From: Podarcis erhardii
Lineage: Eukaryota
Length of the DNA: 64,000 bases
Direction: 5' to 3' (one strand)
NCBI GenBank assembly: GCA_964252035.1
Contig: OZ176201.1
The first letter of the stretch is position 1; each line of letters starts with the position of its first letter. This document shows, piece by piece, positions 1 through 64,000 of the stretch. Under the pieces are notes generated by a model. That model saw only the letters and a list, made by a program, of their open reading frames with translations, was not told the DNA's origin and made no database searches. A program made the position numbers and the translations under genes.

Positions 1-241
1 CTCCTGCCCACCTAGCAGTTTGAAAGCACGTCAAAGTGCAAGTAGATAAATAGGTACTGCTCCGGCGGGAAGGTGAACGGCGTTTCCATGCACTGCTCTG
101 GTTCGCCAGAAGAGGCTTAGTCATGCTGGCCACATGACCCGGAAGCTGTATGCTGGCTCCCTCGGCCAATAAAGCGAGATGAGCGCCGCAACCCCAGAGT
201 CAGCCACAACTGGACCTAATGGTCAGGGTCCCTTTACCTTT
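1..241 (+). mobile_element. Sauria-type SINE, 3' part (cut by window edge)
   Basis: Characteristic body (gcacgtcaaagtgcaagtagataaataggtac...ggacctaatggtcaggg) with ACCTTT tail; very similar to the reverse copy at 2122-2476. Confidence 0.9.
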
Positions 242-2121
242 AATATGCCTAGTCAAAGGTTAGAGATGGCATTTCCCCCCATTTTTCTTCCTTATACTCA
301 GCACAAACCAGATTCATGTAACATCATAGAGCAAGACTGGAGGCGCAAGTCCTAAGATCTCTGAATTCTTGTGACCTTTGTAGGGTGTCATGCTGAGCCG
401 ACAGCTTAGGATGGGGAGATTGGAAGGAATGATCTGAGTCTTCCAACCTTGAATGCAGAATTGGACTGGATGACCTTTAGGTTAATTCTAGCCCCAGAAA
501 TAATTGTTTGATACAGATTTGGCAAGGATCTGAGGCATAACCCATATGTGATGCCCAAGTCTCATTATCAGATCTACTAATACCTTTTTTAAAAAACAAA
601 ACTTTAAAATATCCATGAGTGCTCCAGTGTGCACTATTTTCTAGACCTAATTCCGCCCCCCCCCAGCTCAATTGGCCCCACAGTGGAAAAGACACTGGTA
701 CATGTAGAATGCCTGGATCCCCCCCCCCCACTGCAGGGCTTGGGGGAGTTTCAGTTGCATGTGCCTTCTAGATTTGGAAAGCAGAATGCACATACAGTGA
801 TGGGAGATGCAGGCCGGTTAAAAATCCCTTTCTCTGCTTCAGCTTCAGTTGAAATATAACTGAAGTACCACTGCTTCTCTCAAAATTGGAGCATCTTACA
901 GCACTTGAATTTTTTTTTTAAACAAGAAAATTGACTATGAAAATCCAAGGCTTGATGAAGGTCGAGAAAAGCATCTGTTGAGAGACAGCCGAGTAGCACC
1001 TGTAGGTATTTTGTATCTGGAAGAAAGCTTAATTAAAGCCATCACTTGACTCTCAAGGCTCCAGACTCCCCCAAAGCCTTACAAGTTTTCCCAGTTGTTC
1101 AATGGCTCAGCCTCTTTGCGGAACTGAGATCCCACATGCTCAGCCAAACAAAGAGCCAAATTTCACTAATTAAAAATAACTTCAAGCCCATCTCCTGCTT
1201 CCAAAGACCATCTGTCATGGTGTTTGAATGCGTGCGGCCAGCAACGCAGCACATGCACATGCCACCTGCTTATTTTTAAACCCCATGAAAAATGACGGCA
1301 CTAATTTAAGAAAGGAGTTCAGCGTTCCAATGCAGAAGTCGCAGAGAAAATGTGCTCAGTGGACTGTGTGCTTCACCCCATGGCTTCGCATTGTTTTTGC
1401 ATTCTGGAGAGGGTAACTGATGTTTAACATAGAATCCAAAGGCCGAGAGGAATTCAGCATGTTTGTGTGCCTTCTCTAAATAATAACGAACAAGAAAGAC
1501 TCTCTTGGTTTTCTAGAGGGAAACAATTTCAGCTGTTCAATCCTGGTCACTTCCGTAACTTGGTATTTTCCTTACAAGGAGCCACGAAAGGGGGAAGTGG
1601 AGATCAGGAGCATCGCTAAGGCTTGGTTCAATGCACAGTTACCTGGAACTCTGGGGCAAGAGCCACTGAGCTGAATGCAACTGATTACTTCTAAGCAGAC
1701 ATGCACAGAACTCCACTGTAAACCTTATTCCTTTCCCTCCAACTCCAGCCTCTGGAGATGCCCTTGTAACCAGATTCCCTAGGATGACTACACATCACCA
1801 TTTACCCTGACTCCAGTGTGCTCCCACCACTGGTGACTGAAGCCAAGCACACATACATTAGCCACAATTCATATGTATCTAATAGGTTGTGCGTGGTTTT
1901 TTAAAGAAATCACTGTTTGATGCACTTTCCCCTCAAATGAGCTTCCATCCGAGTTGAAAGTGTGATTAAATGGAGATATGTACATGTCAGACACCCATTG
2001 CACATGTGCGGTTTAATGGAAGAGGAGTTTGGAGTGGGAGGGGTTGTAGGCGTGGTGAATCACTTCAGGCAGTGTGCACTGGGTAGAGACACGCCTGCCC
2101 CTCTCTGGTGCATACAGTATT

Positions 2122-2476
2122 AGGTAAAGGTAAAGGGAGCCCTGACCATTAGGTCCAGTCGTGACCGACTCTGGGGTTGCGGCGCTCATCTCGCTTTATT
2201 GGCCGAGGGAGCCAGCGTACAGCTTCCGGGTCATGTGGCCAGCATGACTAAGCCTCTTCTGGCGAACCAGAGCAGCACACGGAAACTCCGTTTACCTTCC
2301 CGCTGGAGCGGTACCTATTTATCTACTTGCACTTTGACGTGCTTTCGAACTGCTAGGTTGGCAGGAGCTGGGACTGAGCAACAGGAGCTCATCCCATCGC
2401 GGGGATTCGAACCACCAAACTTATGATCGGCAAGTCCTAGGCCCTGTGGTTTAACCCACAGCGCCACCCGCGTGCC
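2122..2476 (-). mobile_element. Sauria-type SINE, full length
   Basis: Minus strand: tRNA-like head with A box TGGCGCTGTGG and B box GGTTCGAATCC, same body as 1-241, (ACCTTT)n tail. Confidence 0.92.
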
Positions 2477-3423
2477 TGCAATGTAAAATGCAGTGGGAGG
2501 GGATGACCTGGCTGTGTTTCAAGCCACTCATGTGCAGCCTTAGTTTTGTATGCTGTTGTTTTGATTCGCTATGCCTAAAACTGCTCTACTGGGAGTAGAA
2601 AGGCAGAGAATGAGATGACAAGGCACACTGTTCAATCAGATGTGCCTCCAAAACTATATTCTACCAAAACGGAGAGCAGAACTCAGAGATTCAGGATCTA
2701 AGAATCCTTTGACCCGTGCTCTCTTGTTTCATTCCAGAATTCTCTAAGTTCCCCCCTCCAGCTTTAAGATAAAACCATCTCTAATCCTCCTTTGCTCTAA
2801 ATCTCTCCTCCACCTCCCTGCAAGTGTGTCGTTTTCTATCTGTCCTCCTAGCAAAATATAATCTCCCTCTTGGTTTTTGAGACTTTCATTCTGTCAGAGC
2901 TCATTGAATTATGATGACGCCAAATTATTACGGGCCAAAGTAGGTCTACAAACAGTAGCTATGGTGCTGTGGTGAAGCAGCAGTACTCACCTGGCCACCA
3001 GTCGGTTGCTGCTGCTTACTCACAGGTAGAAGGGGAGGGGCAAGGTGGTGGTGTGGTGCAAACATGCCACCAGGAGCAGCAGATTGTCTCCACTGGGGGG
3101 TTCACACTCCTCTACATGACTGAGTGCAGGTCATGTGAGTCTTGCCACCGCACCCCACTGCCTACAACCAAATTGGGAGAAGGGGGCGTATGGATTTGAT
3201 TCAACTGCTTTGGATTTTGCCAGGTGATGAACATGCTCATTTCCCCTCCTGAATTGAGCTTCCTTGACATTCTTCAATATAGAAAAAGAGTAGTTGGTTT
3301 CCTTATCCAAAGCCAGGGTGGGGGGAAGCAGCATAATGACCAGATCTCCAACTGCATAAAGATTTAGACTAAACAGCAGCTTAGGCAGCCTGAATGCTCT
3401 CTGTGCCACAAAGGAAGTTAGTG

Positions 3424-3685
3424 GGAAGCTAGTGTGGTGTAGTGGTCAGAGTGTTGGGCTAGAGAGCTCTTGGTTCAAATCCCTTTCAGACATGATGCTT
3501 ACTGGGTGACCTTGGGCCAATTGCCATCTCTGTCTAACCTAATTCTCAGGATTGTTGTGAGGATAAAAGGTGCTGTTTGGGGAGAGCTATGCATGCCATC
3601 TTGAGTTCACTGGAAGATTTATTATGTTTCTATCCCAGCCTTTCTTCCAGTAAACCCAAGGCGGGATATAAATGTAATAAATATA
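3424..3685 (+). mobile_element. tRNA-derived CORE-type SINE (MIR/Squam3-like), degraded
   Basis: gtggtgtagtggtcagagtg...ggttcaaatccc head, core motif ctgggtgaccttgggc, gttgtgaggataaa, tail ggcgggatataaatgtaataaa. Confidence 0.7.
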
Positions 3686-4116
3686 TGTTTTTACACTCTC
3701 CCTTCCTGCAGTATTTCCCAGCTCCCACCCACGACTGCTGTTTACATTTTGCACACAGGTCTAGGGCACAATTATATGTTTCAGCTTCAATACCAGATAC
3801 ACGCAAATAGCACCCTCTAATTACTGCAAATGCAGCACTCTGACATGTTTCTCCTGCTTAAGGAAAGCACTCCTAGTCACTTACAGTTGCTGAGGAAACT
3901 GCAGCCTACACATTCAGCTGCAGTCCTAGGCATACTTACAGGGCCGTAAGGTCCAAATAATATACTGAGACTTATTTCTGAGAATTGCAAGGCAGGTGAC
4001 AAGCGTCTCACGCAGGCCTGAGTTATTCTGGTACCTCTCTGGATATTAGATACTGCTCTTCTTCCCTTCATAGCATGCTTGGGCCTGTTTAAGAACATAG
4101 AAAGAGTCCTGCTGGA

Positions 4117-4333
4117 CAAAGGTGCCAACTCTATAGAGCTGAGGTGTTTTCAGCCCTGCCCCCCCAATCTTGAGGTGCTGGGCCTTGTGGCGGTTGGCCT
4201 CTCCGGGCCTTGTGGCACCAGGCCTCGTAGTGGTGGTGGCAGGCCTCAGGGCGGTGGCCTCCTATTATCGGCCTCCTCCCAACACACATTGTGCACGATG
4301 CCCCCCAATGTTGGATGCAACTCAGCGCCTCTG
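4117..4333. mobile_element. hAT-type MITE with 8-bp TSD
   Basis: CTGCTGGA duplicated at 4109-4116 and 4334-4341; degenerate TIRs CAAAGGTGCC / (rc) CAGAGGCGCT; internal GGCCT repeats. Confidence 0.75.
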
Positions 4334-7300
4334 CTGCTGGATTAATTCCACTAGTCCAACTTCCTTCCTACCCACACACCTCAGTATTGTAGAAAGCAGC
4401 TTTATGACAAGCGAGACCAATTGTCTGCACACTGACTGGCAGCAGCCAAGGTAGGCATTCATGGAAAATTTATCTGATTCTATCAGGATCACAAAGGGTT
4501 GTTACTTCTTCACCAAAGATGTGTCCTGGGCTGGTACTGCATTTATTTATTTATTTATGGAAGTTAGGTGGCCCTACAATGTCTTTATGGAGCCCAGGTG
4601 GAGCCTCTGAGAATTTTAAGTCCACTGGAGACAGTTCACAGCAGACTTTTGTGATTATTATTAGCGCGCACGCCCACCCCGCCACCCACACTGACTGCTT
4701 TATGTAGAGCTGAAATGGCTACAGCAGCAATACAATCAGTTTGTGTGAAGATTATGTGAAACTAATGGCTAAAATTATCTTCAGTGAGCCTTGCTGCCCT
4801 CTTAGGATAGCCTTTGAGGAAATGAACAATCACACTAGGGAAGTGTTTGTATTATCTCTGGTAGTGAAATTAGGCTTTTTTGTATCCTGTATAGTTTAGA
4901 GTTTGCTGTGAAGCTTGAGGCAAAGACTGCTTGACTTATCCCTCCAGATGGATAAAACAACTCTTATCTGTTTCTAAAATAGCACCATAATATAAGAATT
5001 TCCTTACATTCCTTTTGTTGTTTAAAGGACTTGCTAAAATTCAGCGATAGGATGGCCTTTACTAGCTCAGTTAAGTGTGATGCATTTTGCTTTTTTAGAA
5101 GATACAAGACAGGTCTTATTCAGAGTGTGCCTGTCCTAGTGGTTTAAAGCATCTTAAGCAGACTATCTTGCACATATTACTACATGCTGTTCTTTGTCTA
5201 AAGTTCTGAGAGATTATTATTTGGGTTATATCTTCACGAGACATATGAATAAGGTCCACCTAGGAGATGGTAATCTCTGCTGGTGCACAAGATAAAACAC
5301 ACAACTGTGAAGAATGTACCTTTTCTATCTGTAGCCATTGATGTTATGGGAATTAAAAAAAAATAAAATAAAGGAGTGTGGTATTATCTTTTCTGAGAGA
5401 TTCAGAATTTTGTTTCCATAATTTTTCTTTAGGAGTTATAATTGCTCCATGAAACAGAACCAATCTGTTTTGTCTGTGTGGACAATTGGGAAGTGTCAGA
5501 GGTCTGCTGAGAGGGGTGGGCAGGTGGAGCTCCATCACTGTGGACATTGCCACTGCACCTGCTGAAGACACAGCGTGGAAGCTATCAGCGGTATCTAAAA
5601 TGGGTCTGTCTAAGACAGGGAAGAGACCAATCTTAGCTGGTTCCTAAGTGGATCCAACTGCTAGTAATGGGCCTGATCTGGGCCTAGAGCTCACATGGCA
5701 AAGAAAATGGGAGGAAATCGACCTCCACACCTTCTGCCTTAGCTGATGCAAGCTAAGCTGGATGTGGGGATGGTTCCCCTCGTTGCTCAGTTTAGCTCTG
5801 CTCCTCCCCATGTAGGAGATAGGATGAGGAGAATCAGGAATTTTATGCTTATTACACAATTTTACTCAATTTTGTGAAAGTAAATAAGTAAAGGAAAATG
5901 CAGTGGCTGGTTACAGAGAAGCTAACTCCATGGACAGTCTTCAAAGTGCCTGGGATGATTTTTCACATCAGGCCCTTTCCATGGCTGTGTTTTCGCTTTA
6001 TGCCCCCTGTACATCTTGGCCACAAAGAAATATTCGCAACTACCAGCAGTTCCAAGAAATTGTATTTTCTTTATTGTTTTATTTTTTTTGTAACTCAACA
6101 AGTTTCCATTTTTTTTAAATATTTTTAAAATTTTCATTATTATATTTTTTTTCTGTTTAATGCACTCGACCCAAAATTGGTTTGGCATGTTGAAAGGAGG
6201 GGAAGGGGACTGAAAGACAAGAGAAATGGAAAAGAGGAGGGGGGGAAGGCAAAGTGGGCAAAAGCAACGGTGTGGAGATTGAAATGGATCAGCACCAACC
6301 TGTAGGAGGGGGACATTGAGGGGCCAAGGGAGAGAATGAATCGCAAACCTTCCCAGCAGGCCCTGGGTTCCTGGGCTCAGGCCTTCATGCTGCCATTCGA
6401 AAGGCACAGCTTCACTGCTAAACCTGGAGGGAGCTGGGAATGAGGATGGGAGAGCAGGGAGGGTCAGCTTCAAGGAGGCAGTGTGGCTTGACCAGGGAAC
6501 CAGCTAGCAGCTATGGAAAGCAGGCTGCCATTTGCCGTTACGCCGCTAGGCATCCCTTTCCCTTTTTGCATCCGCTTCCTGTTCCAGCACAAGTCTTTCT
6601 CACTTGCTCTCTACCTTTGCTGGGCGTGGCATATTGGTGCTCAAACCTTCACTGGAATGACTGAGTGAAAATAATTGGTGTCTGGGCCCACCAGTTGGTA
6701 CTAGGTGGCTCTACAGATGTTGTTCCAACCCCTTCAAGGCCACCACTGCCCACGGAAGTGGGGAGACCCAATCTAGGGCACAGGGCTGCCTTGTGGAGGA
6801 CTGTGCCAAGCAAGGAGCTGCTGGTATAAGGAGTCCCTGTATGGCAGCCTTAGCTGGCAGGGAGCCCAATGCAAAAACTCACTCCCCACAAACTGGGAGG
6901 CCCCATTGCATTGGAGCACACCCCTTGGTCATGCAGTTTGGGGAAGATGGGCGATTCTCCGCTTCTGAGCTCTGCTGGTTGCTAGTTCAGGCGATATATC
7001 TGTCCTTTCACGGACTCTGCAAAAGAACCACGCTTGAGGAGTTTGGAGGCAGCCTGAGAGAGTTCCTGGCAAAGAAGGGAGTGTCTTTCACTCCCCCAAC
7101 ATGGGGGGAGCAGGGCATGTCTGCCACTGCTTCAGAGGATTAAGCTCAGAGTGGCATTTAGAGCAGCAGATTTGGAGATTAAATGTTGCCCTAGAGGTAG
7201 TGCTGTCCTGAACTAGCTTATGCATAAATGCCCCTCATGTTGGCTTGTAGACAGCCAATTATAGAGAAGACAAAGATGGCCTAGATGAACAGAGTACAGT

Positions 7301-10300
7301 TTACTTAAGTGAGGCAGAGAGGCTAATTTGCCCAACTAGCTTCATGGCACAGGAATCATGGGCCATATTCTTGTCCTAGATTTTATCCTGCTCTCCGTGC
7401 TATTCTGGTTTGAAGGCTGAAGAGGGAGTAAGCTTGGGCTAGCTTGCCCAACTGCTCTCATTGGGCCAAGGAGATGTAACTCTGGAGAAGTCAAGCAGAG
7501 GACTTTGCTAAAGTGAGTTGAGCTCATGGGTTTGCATAAGTCTTAGATGGATGGGTAGAGAAAAAGAACGACAGGCCAGGTGCCTCGGCTTAATGGGGGT
7601 GCAAGCAAAGAGGGCTTCTGGCTATGCCCAGGATGGCTGGAGGTGTCAGCAGGAGTTGTTTAGGAAGCTGAGGAGGGGAAGCTTGAGCCCCCTCTGGCCA
7701 TACAAAATGAGTGGCACCTGTTGGCTCCTGAAGCTTCACGATAAATGTGATGCCTCCTAGGTTTTTTTACTATCCTACAGATTTCACATTCACACTTTTG
7801 ATACCTTTCATTCCTTTCTGTAACCCACAGATTGAGACTTCAATGATATAAAACAAGATGAATTCTGTACAAAAGTTCAGTAGAAGTCAATCTGTGCAAG
7901 GCCTAGAGCAGACATGTGCAGCCTTGCCCACCATTCCACCCTAGAATGACAATGCCACTTACGTTCAAAATATCTGGACTCTGCAGTGGGTGCTGCTGGA
8001 TGGCGTTTGGAGCATCTGCACCATGCAGACCCAAAGAAAAATGTACAGAACATACTGCTACCCTCCAAATCTAGGATGGGCTGGGGCTGTCCCATAGCAT
8101 CAGAAGGGTCACAGTTTCTGAATTCTTGCTCTAAGCTAATAGGGCATTTCCTTCAAGTTGTGGATTGAGAAAAGCCTGTTTTTATCACTGTTGGATATGA
8201 GGGGAACTTACAGTTCCCTACCGAAACGCTAAAACTGGTTAAAGGGGTAGCAAATGACACAAGAATATAATCTTGGGAGTCAAAATGGAAAGTGCAAGGA
8301 TATCATGAGAGTTAAAAAGAAGAAAGGTAAATTCCATGTTAGGAGAAGGATTAAAAACAAACCAGCAATTAGCGCTACAGCATTCTTGATATCTATGGCA
8401 CACCCATACGTAGAATACAATATGCAACTCTCATCTAACAAGGGAAGTTGTTGAAAATAGGTTAAAATGGGCAGCTAAAACCAGAGGGTTGGAGCATCTT
8501 CCCCACAGAGGAAACAAAAAGATGAGTTAGGGGAAGAGATTTATGAAATCATGAAGGTATGTGAAGAGCACAAATAACCTTTCAAAATAATTATAGCCCA
8601 GTCAGGGTATTTTTTTAAATATATATTTTTGTAACTGGAGGGGGCAGCCCCCTTCTATCCCAGTGGTAGCTTTACTTCTCAAGTTTGGGCTGGACAGCTA
8701 TACTTTCTCTGGATGCACACTCTATTGTCAGAGGTGGGTATGATAACGGTGAACTATAATTGACAACAGGTGAGGGAGTACACATTTAAAAGGACAGTCT
8801 CAGCTTCCACATACAGTATCCTTGGATAGCTGCTGGGACCCCTTGTGGCAGATCTCAGAGCTCCCCAGCTGGGGACAACACACCACTGATCAGAAGTTCT
8901 GCTGGCACCACTACCAGTGGGTGAGCTTGTAAGGGGTCTCCAGTTGGGGGGGGCTCACCAGAAGGTGGTCTGCCAAGGGCCCCCTCATATCTAGGGCTGG
9001 CCTTATTGCATACCAACACACAAGTGAGCATACCCCTCTCCTCAGTAGCAGTAATGGCTGCAGGACTCTTCTTGGCCTATACCTGTAGTCCAAGTTAAAA
9101 CAGGGGTGTGCCTCTACAGAGCTCTCTCCAAGATTTTTCCTTGCACCAAGATAAGCAGGAATAAAAGAAATAGGGCAATGGCAAAGTGCAACTAGCATGA
9201 ACACGCCTTCAACGCATAAGGATTCTGGCTGCCACTAACTACCCAGCACCCGGGAGCACCTGGGCTGATTCTAGTGGCTGGTTTCCAAGACTATTCTTAC
9301 AGCGGTTACTTCAATAGTGTTAGCACCCCCTTCCTCTTGTGCCAGGACGGAACATGCCGTAACACTGATATAACTTCATAATCGTGTCAATCTTTTCATT
9401 TCAATTGAAGTCCAAATCTCAAGTACAGTGTGGACTACTCATAGCTAACATGAAGCTGGAAAGCGCAAAGCCTTGAGGTTGGGCTGCTAGAGACTCAAGT
9501 CTCTACCGCTTCGCTCCAACAGGATGGATGAGGGCAGATATGTCTTTGGTTTTTTTGTTTTTGTTTTCCACGTGAGGTTTCCAAATGGAGGTACCTCTTG
9601 GTGATCATGCCAAGGCAGTTCCTGAACACAGGGCCTTCCTCGGGCCAATGCAGCAAATGCAAGTGGGGTGAATAAGGCCATTTGGTATTGGGGAGAGGAT
9701 TGATCAGAACCATGGTTTGGTGATAGAATCAGGTAAACGGGAGTGGGGCCTTGTCCTCACAAGGGTAAGCTGTCCATCTAAGAGAGTGAGCAAGTTGGTT
9801 CTGGACCAAGATCGAAAGAGCGGCAGGAAGGAGTTTGAGCCAATATGGATTTGTCACACTAACCTTCCAACTTTCATGCAATGAGATCCTAATGAAGAAT
9901 ACAACCCAAACCTGTGGAAACAGCAACAAGGGCGTCAAAAGCCCCACAACCCAATTCCCTGTGCCCTTTGAAAGTATGACTCGGATATAAAACAAAATGC
10001 TTCTGAAAACCATTAGTCCCTATCTCTGAATCAAGTATAATTACATTAGGTTGGGTGGAGGGGGAGATGGCTCTAGGTGAAAAAGTCTATGCCATGTCCC
10101 TAGATCTAAATGATGTCAGATCAAGCTTTGTGAGCTACAGCTGTATTGGGTTTTAGGGTTACACGACGTGTGTTCTTCTCTTTCTTTGTAGCCAGCCTTT
10201 AACTGGGTTCTTTGCAGAAAATATCAATATGGGCACACGACAAGCTTCTCTTTACCAAACATGATCAAGGGGCATTCTTGGATGCTGCAAACATGCAGTT

Positions 10301-10464
10301 GCTAGGGGAAGCAACCATATGAACAGGCCTTGCACAATGATAACACAGGCGAACATGGAGCAAGAAACCGAAAGAAAGAAGAAAACTCACTGTCATCAGG
10401 GTTAGTGCTGTCTCCTGATGGAAAGGGAGGACTTGATTGATTGTGCTGCCACTGTACAGGGCAA

Positions 10465-12971
10465 TTTAATATTGGCTCCTTGGATCTTAGCTTGTGGCAC
10501 TGGGGTAAGAGATGTAAGCAGGCAACAAGGAGTGACGATGGCTCTTCTTTCCTGCCACAATATGGCACAGAGAAAGGAAGCCCCTGCCTATTCCAAGGAA
10601 GGTACACTTCTAAGAATGCCAAACCCACGCCTTCTGCTTTTGACCAAGTCTCTTAGCAATTCCATTAACTGGGAGAGAACAAAAGATGCAATAATAATAA
10701 TAAAAACAAAATAAAATAAAAGCAGGAGAACAAACATTTCAAGGCTCCAAGTGGCAAAACCACACACCATTTCCCTTTTTGATATAACGTGACATCTAGC
10801 CTGGAAATTTCTAAATAGGTAAGACATGGCTGCTTAAAAATAATGATGATGATGAAATGAAACTACTCTGTCCCCTCTTAAAATTCTTAAAAGCGAAGGA
10901 TTTTTCTGTAACCTACAGCATTACAGCATCTTTGGGTCTTGCAGTAAAAGTGTTTTTTCCCCCACCCACAATTCCAAAGTGGCAGTTAATGAGAAAATAA
11001 CCAACTTCATGTGGAGATGTATGAAAAAGGTACCTCATCTGGCAGGAAAAGGGAAATGCTTCAAGGTCACAGAAATGACGCAGTATATGTTATATATTAC
11101 ATAAAAATTGTGCCAAAATGTTTTTTTCCCTCTTTTTTTGATTGTAAAAATCTGCTCTCGGCGGGTTTCCCCCAGTTGTCTTTGTCAAAGAAGGGATATT
11201 TCCCCCCATTTTCCCTTCCATGCTCCCATACCACACATGGGGCCAGAGCAGAGCTGAGTACCATATATCTATATATATTATATAGATATAGATATATTTA
11301 AAACCCAGACAGAAAAGTTCCTTGGTTTGTTTTTCCTTTTTTCAAGTGAGTAAATCAATTCTCTGATTTGTTTTTAGGTTTTCATATTTACAGCATTTCA
11401 ATTGGTATCACATCCCCCGCTTCCCAACCCATTTGGACCCCGCCCGCCGCCCGCCCCGGAAATATGGTGCCTCTAGGTGAGACTGGTTGCCTCCCCAACT
11501 CTCCCAGGCCGAGAGTTGGTGAGAAAAGTCGGAGTTGTGCTTGAAGAGGGAGATTTGCTATTTCTTTTTCCTTTGGGTGGAAAAAAAGTGCAGTCTGGGT
11601 TAGTGTTTTTGTTGCTGTTTTTTTTGTTTGTTTGTTCTGTTTGTCATTTTTCTGAAGGACAATCCATCCAGTCTGGGGGGCGGGGGAGAGTTCAACACTC
11701 CTACTTTCTCCCATGTAGTCCCAAATGTGTTCTGACGGCAGCCATATTTGCATTGCAGGATACTCCTGACGTTTGCGTCTTCGTGGGCAGGAATGAAACA
11801 GAAGGAAGGTGAGAGCAGTCTTGCATCACTTTCTAAATGTCTGGAGCTGGAACTTAGCAGGCCGTGGGGGCGACTGGTGGAACTGAGTGAAACGGGAAAA
11901 AATGCCCCCTCCGCTACCACCACCCCACCCCTCATCATCTCTTACTTATTGTGCAATTTTACGTCAGGCTCGGTGGCCCTAAAGCAACTAGCAGGGGGAA
12001 AGGCCACCATGTGTGGCCATACAAATGAAAAAAAAAAAATCTAAGGACAGCCACACCTCAGTGCTACTTCCTCCTTCCCCAGAAGCAATGGTGCATTTCA
12101 AACATTCCTATGTGGGCTTTAATTTAAAAAAATAAAAAAGAGAGAGGAAAGAATCAAAGCAAAGCTTTCCTGCCAATCTGAAAGAGCTGAAGAACTTGAT
12201 GCAAACCCTGTTGATAAACGGTGATAGCCAACAAATACTGAAAGGCAGGTTCTCAGCATAGCATTACCTGAACAGCTCCTTCCTCTCCCCCCACCCTCAT
12301 ACCTTTCTCTGTCTTTTGCCTCTCTTTTTTGGCAACGGTTGAATCTAAACCCCGACTAGGCCGAGTGCCACATGGCCCTGTTTGTCCCTCATACTCTTAA
12401 GCTATGGGAGGCGAGGGGTGGGGAGCAGGCTCTGAGCCAGGGCGCAGGGCAGGGCATTTCCCCAGGTGCCCCAGTCTCTGCATGTGGAACCCTCATGGCT
12501 TTGATTTTCGTAACATTAAAAAAAAAATTTATTATGTCAGCTTTTTAACTTTCCCACCCTAATTTCTTGGTTCATCCCCCCCCCCCCAATTGTCTAGAAG
12601 GTATTGTCAAAATAAGTCTGATCCTTTTGCCTAGATTCAGCTCTCTTTCCTCCACTGCATTTATTTGCCTGGAGAAGGAAAACGGACATAACCAGATAGG
12701 CCACGTGCCACTTTCTGTCTGGAAATCTAATTGGATGGAAGGAAAGACGGACAAAATGGCTGCCCCTCCCTTCTCCTTGGAGAAGCCCTCTGCCTCACTC
12801 AGCTCTTTCTTCCACCTTCTCTCCTCTATTCATTCCCCAGCCCTGTGCCATTCTCTTCTTCCCCACCCTTTCTTCCAGGAAAAAATTAAAATGTTCAGGT
12901 CACGGCAACAGTGCCGCATTGGGGGGTTTTTTGGGGGGGGTGTTATGGTCCCTCAGTCCCTTCTCAGCCCC
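10465..12971 (-). other. ADGRL1: Probable ADGRL1 3'UTR (distal end uncertain, may extend to ~6.05 kb)
   Basis: Directly follows the stop, with UTR-like U/A tracts and no clear TE. Candidate minus-strand signals: AATAAA at ~12660 and ~12518, ATTAAA at ~12118 and 10465-10470. Confidence 0.5.
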
Positions 12972-63865
<50,894 letters not shown>

Positions 63866-64000
63866 CTGCTGAGATAGGAGATGAGAGGGTCAGGGCTACA
63901 GGCTTATTATGCCACTCGATCAAGCAATTCTAGTTTATCTCCTGATGGACTACTGCAATTTCCTACCAATCCTTAGGTATGCACAGCACACACCATGAGA

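Noticed and set aside
1-12900. ORFs of 60-183 aa (e.g. 5922-6473, 6793-7143, 11388-11753) as a neighbouring gene
   Set aside because: No recognisable domain, no consistent exon-like splice structure, low-complexity composition; no exon of a second gene could be identified.
63866-64000. ORF-track N-terminus [19 protein letters not shown] as the receptor start
   Set aside because: Intronic read-through upstream of the agcag acceptor; the real signal-peptide exon lies outside the window.

Overview
This is eukaryotic genomic DNA from a squamate reptile, probably a lacertid lizard (inferred from Sauria-type SINEs). It holds almost all of the latrophilin-1 gene (ADGRL1/LPHN1, an adhesion GPCR) on the minus strand. 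I reconstructed 22 coding exons by hand, from 63865 down to the stop at 12972 (4379 nt). All have GT-AG boundaries and the phases join into one frame; only the signal-peptide exon lies beyond the right edge. Four of these exons are absent from the ORF track as coding pieces: the 15-nt KVEQK microexon, the 39-nt MHKRERTCKDYIK exon, an 18-nt GSFRES microexon and a 67-nt TM5 exon; a 104-nt HRM exon is also missing. The introns carry SINEs, CR1 and L2 LINE fragments, hAT and Tc1/mariner MITEs with intact TSDs, a Penelope-like hairpin and a solo LTR. The most unusual observations are: (1) a 405-nt intron between the tethered agonist and TM1 that is fully open in frame; (2) a solo LTR with an uninterrupted reading frame of about 220 codons; (3) a Penelope-derived hairpin enclosing a hammerhead-like core; (4) a cytoplasmic-tail intron that is one homopolymer base away from an in-frame splice-site-B-like insert; and (5) a mariner MITE inserted at +6/+7 of a splice donor. 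No prokaryotic features, CRISPR arrays, tRNA or rRNA genes were seen. Comparisons with mammalian sequences are from memory and need checking.
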